Notes: a model not told the origin generated them from the letters alone. DNA of 64,000 nucleotides from Octopus vulgaris (GCA_951406725.2 OX597816.1:66526001-66590000), one strand, 5' to 3'; shown: positions 13,360 to 28,210, numbered from the stretch's first letter. A program made the numbers and translations.

Positions 13360-14345
13360 TTATTGAAGCAGAATAAAACAGCCTAGGGTGGTATATAAAA
13401 AAATGCCGTGGAGCCACTGTTGAAACACACAAAGAGGGCCAGCATCATCAACACTGAAAATTGTGTAACTAAAAAAAATTTAAACAAGAAATGAACAAAA
13501 AGAAAAAATAAAAAGCATGGAAGGAAAAGTAAATGCACAGTCTGTTTGCAAGAGATGTGAATGCCAAGACAGATATAGAGGGCTGGTGATTATGGATGAG
13601 GAGGAATGACCTGAAGATAGAGACAGAAGCACTCATATGCGCAGCTCAGGAACAAGCATTAAGGACCAACTATATGAAGTACAGAATAGGCAACACTACC
13701 AATAGTGACAAATGCAGAATGTGTGGTGAGAGGGGTGAAATGGTTTGGCACATCGTTAGCAAATGCCCGAAATTGGCACAACGCAAATACAAAAGATGCT
13801 ATGACAATGTGGCAATAATGATCCATTGGGAGCTTTGTGGAAATCCTGGCTTGCAAAGAGCAAAGATGTGGTAAGAGTAAACTCCAGAATGAGTCACTGT
13901 AAATGAGAATTGTAAAATCCTGTGTTATCACCTGACTAAACATTGGAAACCAGACATTGTTGTGGTGAATAAAAAAGAAAGAACATGTACGATTATCGAC
14001 ATAGCATGCCCCGGTGACAACAGGATCAATGTGAAAGAAGAAAAAATAAACAATGATGATTTGAAGTGGGAAATATGAAGGGTGTGGTCAATGAAGATAG
14101 TAGACGGGATACCAATAGTAATTGGTGCGCTTGGAAGCATCAGCACTCAACTACCAACATAGCTGAAAAAGATTGGTGTAAGTGTGAAGGCAGAATGCCT
14201 ACAAAAATCAGTATTGCTTGTAACTGCAAGAATTCTTCACAAGGTTCTTGAAGCATGACCAGCAGACTAAGTGCCATCTTAGTCTGCTGGCTGTAGACAG
14301 CTGATACTTTCCATCATGCCCAGCAAAATAAGTTGTGAGTTTCCA
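13360..14345 (+). mobile_element. Dong/R4-like LINE 3' fragment (restriction-like endonuclease type)
   Basis: LKIETEALICAAQEQALRTN, CCHC motif CRMCGERGEMVWHIVSKC, KPDIVV...IIDIACP.D endonuclease motif, and a (TAA)/(TGA)n tail. Confidence 0.85.
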
Positions 14346-15329
14346 TATAATAATAATGATGATGATGATGATGATGATGCTTTGTAAAATAGACGCAAGG
14401 TACAAATTTTAAGTGAGAGTACAGTTGACCTTAGTACTTGATGGCTACTTTATTCACTGCCTAACAAGCTTTTCTAATTTTGGCAAAAGGCCAGCAGCTT
14501 CGAAGGAAGAAGGAAGTCAATTGTGCTGACCCAGCTGCTCAAGTGGTACTTATTTTATCAGGAAGAAAGACAAAGTCAACTTTGGCTGCATTAGAACTCA
14601 GAATGTAAAGAGCTGGAAGAAATGCTGCTAATCACTTTGTCTGGTGCAGTAATGACTCTGCCAGCACGACACCTTCTTCCTCCTCCTAATAATATATTAA
14701 ACATAAAAAGCAAATAACAAAATACTTTATTAAAATATTTTTCTTTATTAAGAGTAATGAAATAATTAATTAAAAACCATACAAACAGTCACAGTTTTGT
14801 GATTACGCACACATAACATATACATATATTATTTCATGAACTACATTTATGAAATGCTAGAAGTTTGGTTCAATCTTTGCCAGAGTTATGCACTAAAATA
14901 CTCATATATTTTATGGGCAGGGTTGGTGGTGTTTCTGATTATGTTTAACCATACTTCATTATCTCAGATTACGAGCTCTTAGCAATTAATAACAATTTTG
15001 TTGATTTTTGTCTTGAGAACTCAAGTAGTTTTTAGAAAAATATCTCAAAATTCCTATCGCTTCAAATTAGCTTTTGAAAAATCAGAGAAGAGATTTAGAC
15101 ATTGGAATCCAGGGAATTTTAAATACTTCCTTCTCAAATAACAACAATGGCCTGGTTTTCATTAGGAGTAGAAGAAATAAATCTATATTAAAAAAAAAAA
15201 GGTAGGGTTGATTTCTTCCTGCCAACAGTGTTGATGCTGTTGTATGTATAGATATTTTGGAATGAAATGATTAAAAAGTAAACATATCCTCTATAAACAG
15301 CAAAAAAACAAAACAAAATTGTATGAACA

Positions 15330-15375
<46 letters not shown>

Positions 15376-15899
15376 TTTCTGATAAATGCACAAAGCCTGA
15401 AATTTAGGACTAGCAGGGGAGCATTATGATGCCATGTGTTGAGAGGAATTCTTTGGGGTTTGAATAATTCATCTTTGGAAATATGGTTGTTTCATTCAAC
15501 ATCCTTAAACAACCCTTATTCAGGAACCTTTTGAGTGGGATGAACTACTCAACCTGAAGAAAATTCTAACTGGATTCCACCTGCAAGGTCATGTGCTGTC
15601 TATCTTGATATGAAATCACCATGTCGTTCACATATGGATGTGATGCATGTGTCTAGTGTACTCTTATCAGACAGGTAATCATGATGGTATATAGGGCTTC
15701 ATATATTTGTACCCTAGTGTCACTTTGATGGCAAGTGTCTCTCTTCAAGCATTTTAATCTTGCCCCCCATACTGATCTTTTTGCTAAAGTTATGAAATAA
15801 AGAAAAACTAGTTGAAGCAAAAATGTAGGGCAATCCTCATTATGGACTCAGTTGATAGTTTTATCTCTGTTATATAATACAACAGTTGCTTGAATACAC

Positions 15900-17280
15900 T
15901 TCATAAGTCAGAAATGCTTGAATTGTGTGCAGAATGGTTTCATTGTCCAGCACATATCCCGGACAAGTTCAATTCTGCTGTATCTACTGAGTTCATCTAG
16001 AGCCAGCAATGCCCTTTGTTACCACTGTCCAAGCAAGAAGTTTTTTGATGTCCATAGTTCCTGGTATAATGGTCATCCACCAAAGATTGTTCAGCTGATT
16101 CTTGTCAATGCCCCTGAGTTTCATTACCACTGGTGTTGTGCACAAACACCACTGATATTACAGGATGCAGAGACTGATGTCCAAGTGGAACTTGTTTGAC
16201 CAATGATAGCGGTTCTTTCAAAGAGACCACTTCTTGATATCGCTACAAATGCTGCAACATCAGCATATTATCAATCACTGCAAGCTGAGCTCTCCATCAG
16301 CTGTTAGCAAAATGGACCATTTGGCCAGAGAAACATTTCTCAGCAAGTCTGGCCATCATGTTCAATAACCCCATCCCAGGTCCTCTCTGTTTAGAGGTAT
16401 GGCTTGAACCAGAGAGCAAAGATCTCAGCAGAACTAGAGGTTCGTAATGCTGACTAACATGGACTTGCCTCTCCATGTGCTAAGATGCAAACTACTGACA
16501 TGTGGTACTTAATGCATGCACCTATCACCAACTTGCATATTCCTTCAGTAGAATGCTGATCACCTCATTTTGAATGATGGTAACATCCTCTATGCAGCTG
16601 ACATGGCTTTCCTTCATCTTAGTTTGAGCAGAAAGCTTCTCAACATCTCTATCTTTTGCAACAAGGGTTCAAGAACTGGGGCAATGATAAGAGGGCATCC
16701 TTGCCAAACCAAGCATATGATTCAAGCTTCCATAGGTAGAAATTCAGTCCCACTATGAAGCAAATGCCATTGTACAGTGGACTGTTGACTAGTAATTATA
16801 ATCAGCTCTATCAAAAATTTTGGAACAATCCCAATGGATTAGAGCTCCATTAAAGTGAGCTTTGTTACCAGCCCTCTTCACTATTTATCATGAGGTTAAG
16901 GTTGTAGATAAACTTGCTGGAAATGCAGGCATGTGCTTATATCTACATTCCCAACTACACTACCAGCACCTTGGCTAAGATTTTAAACTCTGCATTCAGC
17001 AGTTATGGGTCAGAAATTGCAGATGATATCTCCTTTGTTTATGTTATGTCCTTCCTCAGCAGGGAAAGTTTCAAATCTGTGACCAGTTGTGATAAACATC
17101 TGTCAAGAGAGGACAATTAGTGTGGCATGTCCATAAAGCACATACCATCCAAATCAAGCAATGTCTCTCACAAAACCACTCACTGATAATCATATGTTAG
17201 CTGCTGTTATTAATTTTATGCAACATTCAACCTTTTTTGCTGAGAGCCATCAAGGTAGGTATTAAAGCCCACTGCACTTG
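15900..17280 (-). mobile_element. Degraded L1/Tx1-like reverse transcriptase fragment
   Basis: Minus strand gives ...LLNAEFKILAKVLV near 16960-17005 and FDRADY near 16800-16820, with many stops and frameshifts. Confidence 0.6.
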
Positions 17281-18032
17281 GTTTACTAGTATTGCAGTAA
17301 ACTATGGAATTTTCCTAATAATTTCAATTCAAGTGACAATGAATAGGGTGTAAAACTTAAATATTTTGGTTGTATTACGTTTCTTTGTTCTGAGTTCAAC
17401 TTCTGAGAGGTTGACTTTGCATTTCATAATTGATAAAAAAAAAAAAGAAAGAAAAACCTATCATACACAGTAGTTAATTTAATTAAGCTATAACCTGCTC
17501 TACCCTCAAATTGATTTCTGGCCTTGTATCATCTTGAAATCATTATTGTTTCAATGTTATTTAATTCAAGATAAGCTGTGATTGACCAGACTTATAATAA
17601 AAGATACCCAGTCTTATTGTCAGTAACTACATTGACTGATATGTCCTCTCTTTTTAAGGTGTGTGTGTGTGTGTGGGGGGGTGTAATTGGAAGAAGATTT
17701 GGTTGCTATTTCTAAAATGTCACATGACTGTATAGATTTCATATTGATTAGTAGTTTCAATGGTATCATAGCTCACAGTATAAATGAATCACTGCATGAT
17801 TTTGTGAGTGTGGGTCTGAATATACCATATATTTTCTCATATATCTTTCTCTGACAAAGGTTGCCTTCCACTGCCAGCTTATAGCTTGTGTTGAGTGCTT
17901 TTCTCATTTCCAATCTTCACCTGTTTCTAAGCAAAGTAATATTTCCCCTAGTTCTTCAAACATGAACAACATTAAAGCTGGACATGTTTTCAGGGAAGAC
18001 TGCAAATGAATGACATATGATGGCAGTGTTTA

Positions 18033-18503
18033 TCTGTATATATAAAAGGAAGGATGTGTGTGTGTGTGTGTGTGTACGTGAATGTAATTTATGCACGTCC
18101 ACAAATTCGCACGCATGTCGCTCCTATTTTAGGAGGACATTCGTCATTATCCTAGCCATAGTTTTGTCAAATTATTTTTGCTAGAGGCACCAGCGAATAG
18201 CAGTCAAAATAAATTTTCAACCAAAGCTTTGAACAATTTTCAAGTTGGAGAAATCACCATTGTTTGCAAACATGAGTTAAGTCCCTTAAGTAAGTTTTTT
18301 TTCTATCGAAGAAAAAAAGTGTTTTGTTGATATATGGCATGTATGTAATAGGTTACGTACGTACGTGTGTGTTGCCCATATATATGTATAAACCAATTTC
18401 AACGGATTTCACGTCGTTGTTACTTAGTTTGGTTTGAAATAAAGAACTTGATGAGCTTAATAATCCTAACTTAATCCCGGGCAAAGCTGGGTTATACTGC
18501 TAG
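18033..18503 (+). mobile_element. Non-autonomous Helitron
   Basis: A|TC 5' end (TCTGTATATATAAAAG), 3' hairpin CCCGGgcaaagCTGGG, CTAG|T end, no TSD; it interrupts an older repeat. Confidence 0.8.
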
Positions 18504-18952
18504 TTTACAATAAGCACACAATGTCCAGACAAAGACAGTTTTGCACACACATATGATGGGTTTCTGTCTACCAAATTCATTCACAGGGATATGGTCAGCT
18601 TAAATTTATAGCAGAAGATATTTACCCAAAGTGCTTTGTAGTATAAGTAAACTTGATTGTGAAGCAAATTTCTTAACCACACAACCATGGATTTATACAT
18701 GCACACACACACACGTATATAAAAACTCTAAACAGAACATACAAGCGTGACAACTAAAGCTTACAATTCAGGCAAGCTAGATGAATTAATACTCATTGTG
18801 TATTTTGTGATTTTTCTAAATAGTAGATTGTGAATTTTGTGCAGCTCATTATGATCTACTGAAATTTAAAATTTAGTCAAAAGGTTATTGTTAAAATGCA
18901 TCCACAATATCAAAATTTGGTGACTCTCAAAAAATAGAAACACTTCTGAAAT

Positions 18953-19871
18953 ACACTCGACTTCAGATAGAATGGATACGAATATAACAGACAAAATTGT
19001 CTGGTCTGGATTTTCGTAATGTAAATTTCATATAGATTTTGGCTCCTATAACAGACCAGGTGCTCATTATTTGGTTCAGACAAGATTACTCCAAACTGGA
19101 TTTACATATTGATGGGGAAATATTGATACAGAAAGCAGCATATTTGCAAAGGAATTCAGCCATAAAACCATGCCAAATACTGCAGGGATTGAAAGGTGGA
19201 AGAAACACTGGAATGTAGGATCCTGAAGTCAGGTGAATCCGGTGTGGACCTGGATGTGGTTAAGGAGTGGAGAGAAGTTGTGATGAATGACATTCTGACA
19301 TGCTATCAAGAACATGACATGTTCAATTGTGACAAAACTGGTCTATATTGGCAAATGTTACCAGAGAGAAGCCGCGGGTTTTGAAGGTGGCGAGCTGGCA
19401 GAAACGTTAGCATGTCGGGTGAAATGCTTAGCGGTATTTCGTCTGCTGTTACGTTCTGAGTTCAAATTCTGCTGAGATTGACTTTGCCTTTCATCCTTTC
19501 GGTTCAATAAATAAAGTACCAGTTATGCACTGGGGTTGATGTAATTGACTTAATCCCTTTGTCTGTTCCCTTGTGGGCAATAAAGAAATAAGAAGCCGCA
19601 GGTTTATTGGTGAAGAAAATAAAGTGAACTAATGAAATTGTCACAGAATTGAGAAGCTCCACAGTCGACACATTCTTTCTTTTATTTATTTGTTATTTGA
19701 CTGCAGCCATGCTGGAGCACCACCTTTAGTTGAGCAAATCAACCCCAGGACTTATTCTTCATAAGCTTAGTACTTATCCTATCGGTCTCTCTTGCTGAAC
19801 CGCTATGTGATGGGGATGTAAACACACCAGCATCGGTTGTCAAGTGATGTTGGGGGGACAGACACACAAAC

Positions 19872-19902
<31 letters not shown>

Positions 19903-21087
19903 CAACGGGCTTCTTTCAGTTTCTGTTTACCAAATCCACTCACAAGGCTATAGTAGAAGACACTTGCCCAAGGTGCCACACAGTGGGACTGAATCCAGAA
20001 CCATCTGGTTGATAAACAAGCTACTTACCACACAGCCACTCCTGCCTGTGTTGATATAGACGACAAAGCTGGTGATGATGATAGGAATAAAGAAGGTGGT
20101 GAATCCAGTACACCTCTCACAAGTGGTGATGCATATTCTACCTTGAATATTTTGTGATCGTTTGTACTCTCAGTAGAATGGCCAGAGGCGGAAGACATTT
20201 TCGATTGTACAGTGAAAATAGAGAAACTGATTCACAAGAATACACATACAATTCTGAAACAAAAGAAAATGACCAACTTTTTTGAACCGAAACCAAAATA
20301 AATGTACCATAAATCCTCGAGTATAATCCGCATTTTCCTGCCAAAATTTAAAGGACAAAATCCTTAGTGCATACTATATACGAGGTTAAAAATGAAAATT
20401 ATTTTCTAAGCAATGTCCGAATCTATTTGCTGTCCGGCAATGTTTATTCAGACGCATTTTGTGATGTCGGGTGTGAAAATACCTTAAGCTAAGCTTGAAA
20501 GCAATGAAGTCATAAAAGAATCATCCATAACTTGCAGTAAGCAACATTTATTAAACGTTATTAGTTATTTCTTTATTTTCTGCAAACAAAATGCACAAAA
20601 AAACTACAAGTTTGCATTATGTTATATATACAATAATAATAAAGGACATTACCATATACATTTTTACAAACCAAGGACGTTATATAGACCTCTTTGATTC
20701 AAGTTAGAGAAGGGGTGCGTATTATATACAAGGTTTAGGTTTTTCAGAGTAACAGCCCCCTAAAAATCCCCTGTGTATTATACTCAAGGATTTACGGTAT
20801 TTGTATGTGAAAATGAACATCTTTGTATGTACCTAATCTCAAATCTGTCGATTTTATAACAGTAGATTAGCAACAGTACAGTAATTCAATGTGTTGATTC
20901 TTATTTAGTACTCATGGATCCTGAGATTGTGACATGATACCTTATCCTGATGAATCTCATTGTGTACAGTATACTTCATAGAATGGTGTGCAGTACAAAT
21001 GGGTTTCACTTCGTTTTTGGTTATAATGGTTAAGTGGATATGATGGACAAATTTTCCTGAGGTGTCCATTATATCCAAAGTCTACTG
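18953..21087 (+). mobile_element. Tigger/pogo transposon relic interrupted by two SINEs and a MITE
   Basis: DMFNCDKTGLYWQMLP (DDE_1 motif) near 19310-19365; C-terminal LKQKKMTNFF near 20255-20285; degenerate TIRs. Confidence 0.75.
20307..20797. mobile_element. Tc1/pogo-type MITE, copy 2 (nested in Tigger relic)
   Basis: Same TIRs and interior as 5388-5905; TA flanks. Confidence 0.9.
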
Positions 21088-24032
21088 TAATGCTTTTCTT
21101 GAACCTTCTACAAAGAATTCAAACTAGAAATGTGAAGAACCTCATTGACTCTCAGTGAAACCAAAGTTATGCTTTTATGTTTTTGAAACTACGCCTTAAC
21201 CCTTTCATTACCGTATTTATTTTGAGATGCTCAGTGTTTTTTTTTTCAATTACTTTAAATATAACAAAGAATTTAGTAAAATAACCTAGTTATCATTCAG
21301 CTAGTGTTAGGAACATAAATTGTGACTAAAGTTTGGTGGAAGATTTTAATTCAAAACTTATGAAAATAATACATCTGTACTCAGAGCCAGAGCTGGGTTG
21401 GTAATGTTTTTAAGGTTTTTCAAATTTTTCACATCTTTGTTGGAAGCAGTGAAAATGAATAGAAATTCATCTTCTCTTTGCAGCAACAATAATGATCTTT
21501 ATCATTTTATCCTAAATTAAGATACTTTGCACTGCTAAAGCAACCAAAGTTTGTAGTGGCAGGAGCCAGTTAGTTGTGCATTGATATTGTTGTTGGGTTA
21601 GATAGAGTTTATTGAGGCAAACTTTGTTTGGCCAGATGCCTTTCTTGTCACCAACCATTACCGTTTTCCAAGCAAGGTAATATTTCCCTATGTCCAGACA
21701 TATTTTCACAGAACATTGGAAATAATCGACATTGCTTGTATGTCAGTGACACTCACACATATATGTACATGCACACACACACACACACACGTAGCTCACC
21801 TAGAGCTATAGTAGAAGACACTTGTCCAATGTGCCACACAGTGGTACTGAACCTGGAACCATGTGAATGGGAAGCAAACTTCTTACCACACAGCCACAAC
21901 TGCACATATGTTGCAGTTATTTTCATATGCACTAAGTATCTGCATCTATTTTACTACAGTTTTTTTGTATTTCTTGCTGCTGCTGCTCAACAACAACAAC
22001 AGCAGCAGCAACAGCAACAAAAAAAAAAAACATCTGTTTTCCATGCTGCATGGGTTGGATTGTTTGTTAAGAGCTGACAAACCAGAAGGCTTCACTGTCT
22101 GTTTTGGCATGGCTTTTATGGCTAGCTGCCCTTCCTAATACCAAGCACCTTACAGAATACTAACCAGTGATTCCGTAATCCTTAGTAACTGAGCCAGCAA
22201 TCTATCAGACATAATCTGTCTCAGTGATCGATGCTTTTAAGAATAATCTAAATTATTTTCTTTGTAAAAGGCTTATCAATTAATACATGGAATGAAACTA
22301 GCATAGAATTAAAGAAAGCAAAATATCAAAATAGAATGAAATTTGGAAACTAAAAAGTAAAAAACTCAAAAACAAATGAACAAAAAGACAATAGTTTTTG
22401 TTTTATTCTTTGAAATTCTTATATTATTGTTTTTTTTTCAATATTTTTATTTTCCTCTTCCCTTTAGTTTCAAACATCAAGAGATTCACTCCACAGGATT
22501 CTGTGGGGGCGCTTAGGTATGTGATTATATTTTATTCATAGGCAGCTACACACCACATGTACACATTACATGCAAACAAATTCACAGACCTTTAATGCCA
22601 ATTTACAAGGAGCTTGTTTAGTGAATTACTAATTTGAGAGACAGAAGAAAGTTGCATAGTTTCAATTTGTGGATAGAGGGAGAGCAGTGTTATTTTCACA
22701 GAGCATTCCTCTCACATGCATACATACAGACAATCACACAGACATGGTGACAAACATTTTTGAAAATATACAAAAGGACTTGACAGACAGAGATTGAGTC
22801 CAATGGAGCGTGTGGAAAATATAGGGAAAAAGAAAAGGAAAAGTAGTTTAGCAAAAAACACAAGAAAGAGATTTAGTTGATGGGGGAAGAGCTGGAAACA
22901 ATCAGCAAGAGGAGGAGAATAAAATGGATAGAGAGAAAGAAACAAGGGGAGGGAGAAGAAATAGGAGTGGAGAAGTAAAATGGAAGAAAAAAAAAGCTTA
23001 AAAGATGTTGAGAATGAAAGGAAATAGAAGGAGCAGAGAAATTATAAATATCAAACTGACCAGCTATCTAAAAATTATTTTTTAGGATATTTGTAATGTA
23101 AGTTGGTAGAGGGTTTGTTAATGATTTAATTATGCAGCATACTTAAAATGTCAATTAAAACCACCATTTCAACAGGGAGGGGCAATTAATAATTTTTCAA
23201 TGAGAAACACCTTTGAGATAAATTGATGGGTGTCAGTCTATTCTCAGAAGTGCTCTTGGTTCGAGCTCTGTCAATGGACAAATCTTACAACAGAGGCAGG
23301 AGGAGTCCGTTTATCTATGGCTTGAAATGCTGAGTTTGAATCTTCTAGAGATGACCTATCTCTCTACCCCTTCAAGCAGACTTGTCTTGTGTGAAGATGA
23401 AAAACTTTAACACAAGGTACAGTTTATCCACCCATCCAGTCATCTCTTGGATGACACATCAGAAACAAATACCACTTTGCACATGTGTCTCTCAAAGATG
23501 CCAAATGACAAAAGATGTAATTTTGAACATGTGCTCCTTTAGATGTCGTCTACAATTGTGTGTTTGTGTGTATGCATGTCTGTGTGTGTGTGGAGAGAGA
23601 GAGAGAGAGAGAAAGGGACAAAGAAAGAGAGTGAGAAAGAGAAAGGGAATCAGAAGTGACATTTTTTTTTTCACTCAAGTAAACCACTCACAAAAACACA
23701 AAAATGTTTCCTTCCATAACTTCATTCATATATTCAAGTACTGAATGTATTTCAAGAGCAAAAGAGAGAAACTGAGAAGGAAGGAGAGAGGGAGACATAT
23801 ATGAGAGAAAGAGAGATCGCTTGCATAGATATATATATATACAATATTGCTACATTTCTGTAGTTGGTAAATGTATTTGTGTGTGTGTCTGTGTGTATAT
23901 ATATATATATATGCACACATATACATGCACACACACAATTTCACACATAAAAATTGTTCTTTATAATAGTCAACAATGCATTTCAGTTCACAAGCAGATG
24001 GATGGACGTACAGGCAGCAACTCAACTCGAGA

Positions 24033-24301
24033 CTATGTTGAGACAAGAGGTGTCTGCTGCTGCTGCTGCGCTGCTGTCTGCGTTTGTTGCTGTGATGACG
24101 GCTGTGATTGCAGCTGCAAGGGTGAAGACGACCGTGATGAGTTACAGTGGTTCTCCTGCTCAGCTTTGATTCGATGCCAGGTGTCTCCGAGTGCTTTTGC
24201 AAAATGGTCGTCCACTGATTCGATTAATACGTCAGTCTTAGACTTCAAATTCGTCCACGTGCTATTCCCTAGTGATCTTGCAAAGTGGTCGTCGACAGAT
24301 G
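24033..24301 (-). CDS. VGLL4: VGLL4/Tgi-like gene, terminal coding exon C, Tondu motifs 2 and 3, stop codon
   Basis: Acceptor ctttccttttactttcacag|CA (phase 1). Encodes ASVDDHFARSLGNSTWTNLKSKTDVLIESVDDHFAKALGDTWHRIKAEQ...PLVST*. SVDDHFAKALGDTW matches VGLL4 TDU2. Confidence 0.95.
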
Positions 24302-24415
24302 CTGTGAAAGTAAAAGGAAAGAAAAAAACGTTTAAGAAACATGGTTAATAGCAGAGTTCTTGTGTAATAAAATAAAGTATGCTTAATTACTCCCTGACTT
24401 TATTTACAGGTGTTA

Positions 24416-25221
24416 CAGTCAACTCTCGCTACTATGCCACCCTGCGGGACTGAGCCAAAGTGGCATAGTACCGAGAGTGGCATAGTACCGAGGGTCTGTT
24501 ATCTAAACACTACATAACCAAAAATTTACTGAACATACGAATAAAAATTCATAGGGTAGGAAGTAAGGCCAATAAGAAGTTCAATGCAATGGTGAAAAGA
24601 AGACATCCAAGTTTATTAAGTTCAGATTGCTTTTGTTAATCCCGAAGCTCTCAAAAATTGTCGGCTGACGCATCTTCTTTCGGCGGATTTCATTCATTTT
24701 GTTGTCTAGCCTATCACACGCCTGCATAACGCTGGCTTTTCCGCTGCTCTGCTGCTGCATAAACTTTCGGATAGTGCTCCATGCTCTCTGGGCATCTGCA
24801 AACGAAACGTATTCCTCTTCCACAATTACCTCGTCGTCTTCACTTTCCACCGGCTCTTCGTTATGCATTACCTCCTTTGCTATTTCTTCTAGAGTGAAAC
24901 ATGTCGGACAATACAAGGGGCGGTAACTTGTATCAGATATTACTAAAGATACGAGGGGCCCGACAGTAACATTTTTTGCAGCATCGATAATCTCCTTCTT
25001 TTCCTTCAGCGTAAACTCAGTCCGCTTGCGTTTCTGAGCTGACATTGTGTGCTACTTTCTGAACTTTTCCACAAGATTACAAATATGAAATGTACAAAAT
25101 GTAGGAGTACAAAATTTCGAAAAGTTGCGTGCGCTTCAGTTTACAAGTGGCATAGTAAAAATCTTTTGTTTATTATTTGGCCGGGACCATGCAAAACTGG
25201 CATAGTAGTGAGAGTTGACTG
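24416..25221 (-). mobile_element. Internally deleted Tigger/pogo element with open 154-aa ORF (24581-25045)
   Basis: TA-flanked TIRs CAGTCAACTCTCRCTACTATGCCA; N-terminus MSAQKRKRTEFTLKEKKEII (psq-type HTH start) joined to C-terminus RRKKMRQPTIFESF. Confidence 0.9.
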
Positions 25222-28210
25222 TATTGCATGTAAATAACACACCTTATGTGGTCAAGCTAAAAAGGAAGAATCTGTATCAGACATGGGCAATTTATTTTGA
25301 TGCAGGTCACATGAGACATGACCCCTCATTAAGTGGGCCAGTCGAACTTCTAAAAAAAAAAAAAAGAATCAAAAGGAAATTTTTTTTGTCCGGCATGCCA
25401 TTCAGAAGATCCCGTGGGCTGTAGGTTGCCCATGACTGATCTATATTGTTGTTTAATTGCTAGAAATAGCAGCAAAATCTCCTACAAGCCATGCCTTCCC
25501 TTCTTGCAAAACAGAAGGGTACACTGAATAATACAAAAGTAGACACTTCTAAAATGACGGAATGATCATGGCCAATGAAGAGCTAAATAAAACAATAAGA
25601 ACCTCATATTAGACATTCCCTGAATCTATGAAGAGATTTTCAGAGTATCCTTAAAAGGGCTTCTGTCAAGCCAGTGTGACAGAGTAGGCTCATCAAACCA
25701 GTATGATCTCAAGCCATTCTCTGGTGGAGAGAATATGCTGAGGCCATTGTCCTGCAGTGGACAGGAACATAGGTAATACACTCCAATCCTTAAAAGGGAA
25801 CACGACACCTGTGTTACTTTCAATTGCATTTGGACTCAAATCAAATGCATATATTAAGGAATTAGCTTTGTTCCTGACACTTTAGCTCATGGCAGACACA
25901 TAGCTAAACCCCTTAAAATTGCTAAGAATGATAGTCCTTACTGTATTTGATTATCTCTCATGCTGAAGCACCATGTTAGCATAGGTCAGACTAAGTTTAC
26001 TGAGGTAGATTTTCTATGGTTGGAGGCCCTTCCTGTCACCAACCCACACCTGTTTCCAAGCAGGTAATATTTCCCCATGTCCAGACCTGTTTTTGCAGAA
26101 CACTGAAAATGAATGACAATCATGTGATGTCAAGACAAGGAGACACAAACACTCACTCTTAGGAAATGTGGAGGCATGTGGCTTAGTGATTCGGGCATTG
26201 GACTCATGATCGTAAAATTGCGGTTTTGATTTCCGGACAGGGAGACGCATTGTGTTCTTGAGCAAAACACTTCATTTCACATCGCTCCAGTCCACTCAGC
26301 TGGCAAAAGTGAGTAATCCTGCGATGGACTGGAGCCCCATCCAGGTGGGGAATATATACACCATGAAACCAGGAAACTGGCCATTGTAAGTCAATATGAC
26401 TTGAGAAGGTGACTTTATCTTTACCATACTCTTAGGAAACAAAATATTTTTGCAACTTCCATCTTTGAGTCAAATTACAATACTCATTTCAGCTTATCAC
26501 TAAGGTTAATCCCTTAATGGTATCCTATGATTTCTTGGAGGTTACATTTAGGAACAGAGTAGTCCTAACAGTATGGTTACAAATTACCTCGTCAACAGAT
26601 AATAGTATATCATACCATGTCACTGCCAACCCCTCCGGCTAACCCCTTAATTTCCAATGGTTCAGTCCAATTAGGTGCAAACAAGTATTGTACAGCATGA
26701 ACAATCAGTCACTGCAAAATAAATTTACAAGTGCTACATGAGTTGGCAGTACTCTGTTGAAATAGGTGACCAGGAGGAATTTTGGATTTCTATGAAGAAT
26801 TGCAACAACTTTTTATCTAAATGAAATAATAGCATAAAAATAGAGTCAGTGAATTTTGAATAAATCTTTAACTACCAGAAATGCTAAAACTTTTAAACTT
26901 GGAATGATAAAAATAAAAAGAAAAGTCAGTTTCATTTTAAATTCAATGTGAAAGTCTGTTGACTCTCACAAATATTGAATCAGCAAAATTTAGAGAGCAA
27001 GATGTAATTCAACATTGTCGCTTTATTTCAATTAACAATTTTGAAATTTTTCTCCGTGCACTCTTGCTAAAAGATAGAATTTCAGCACATTCTAATGAAT
27101 TTTCATAAGGAAATGAGAGATTAAATTTGGAAAAGGTAATTAATAATAAGAAAACAATTAAAAATAATGCCAAAATAACAATTCTGAAAAACTAAAATAA
27201 AAGGTCCAAATTTGTGTGGTCAATTAACACTAGCTGTAAAAGATCTACATGCATGTCATATATGTTTGATTCACTTAAGTTACATCTAATTTTGGAAATG
27301 GTGAGAAACCTTCAAAATGGATATGTAATGCACTTCATGTTTTACTTCTCACTTGCATTTTAGCCCTAAGTCAGCTCTGATTGAGCAGACTTAATAATCA
27401 ATTCCATTTGTTTTTAGGTATAGTATTTCTAAAAAAACATTATCCAATATGTCATCACTATTTTTAAGGCAGTAGGGTGTGATTTAAGGAAGATTAGGCT
27501 GACATTTCTAGCAGATTGAGTGCTCACTCATTGCTTTACTGGCAGTGATAGTGATACTAATGGCTTGTCCCTTCTTAGCTGCTCCAAGTACAAAGACTAT
27601 CACTGAAATAGGGGCTTAGTGGTCATCTGCATGTTAGCCAGAAGAGTTTAAAAGTAACTAGGGCAACAGGGGAAACTTAGTTTCCAATGTCTTCATTGGA
27701 ACCATACTAAGATAAATATGAAAGACCTAGAGGTGCATGTTTGGACTTTACATCTATTTTTCTTTGAGGGACAGAATTGATAGAATACATCACATCACCA
27801 TTCATCTTAATCTTTTGGCTATTCAGTTTTGAAGCCCAGTATTCCAAACTCTGAATATACCCCACTTCTTCCAAAGACTTGCTAAGTCATAAGTACCTTC
27901 CACTATCAGTACACACCACCTTATTAACCTGGCTCTTTTTGTTCATTCACATCACACATTTCCTACATGCATCATTTGGTGCAGTTAATACTCAGCTGCT
28001 CTCTCAGCACACAAGCACTGTCTTTCAATTCAAATTAACTTTACACGTCCATCAGTTGAGTACGACCAGCTAGATCAGTGGATCTCAACAAGGGTCCACA
28101 TTATTTCTTGGGGGTTCATATAAAATTTTGCTATTAAAATTCATCTGCAATAAAATGATTATACACAAAAATTTATAGTAATTTTTAATACAATTCCTAA
28201 TAATATTTAA

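Noticed and set aside
23821-24348. 175-aa Cys-rich plus-strand ORF
   Set aside because: Antisense shadow of exon C plus microsatellites.
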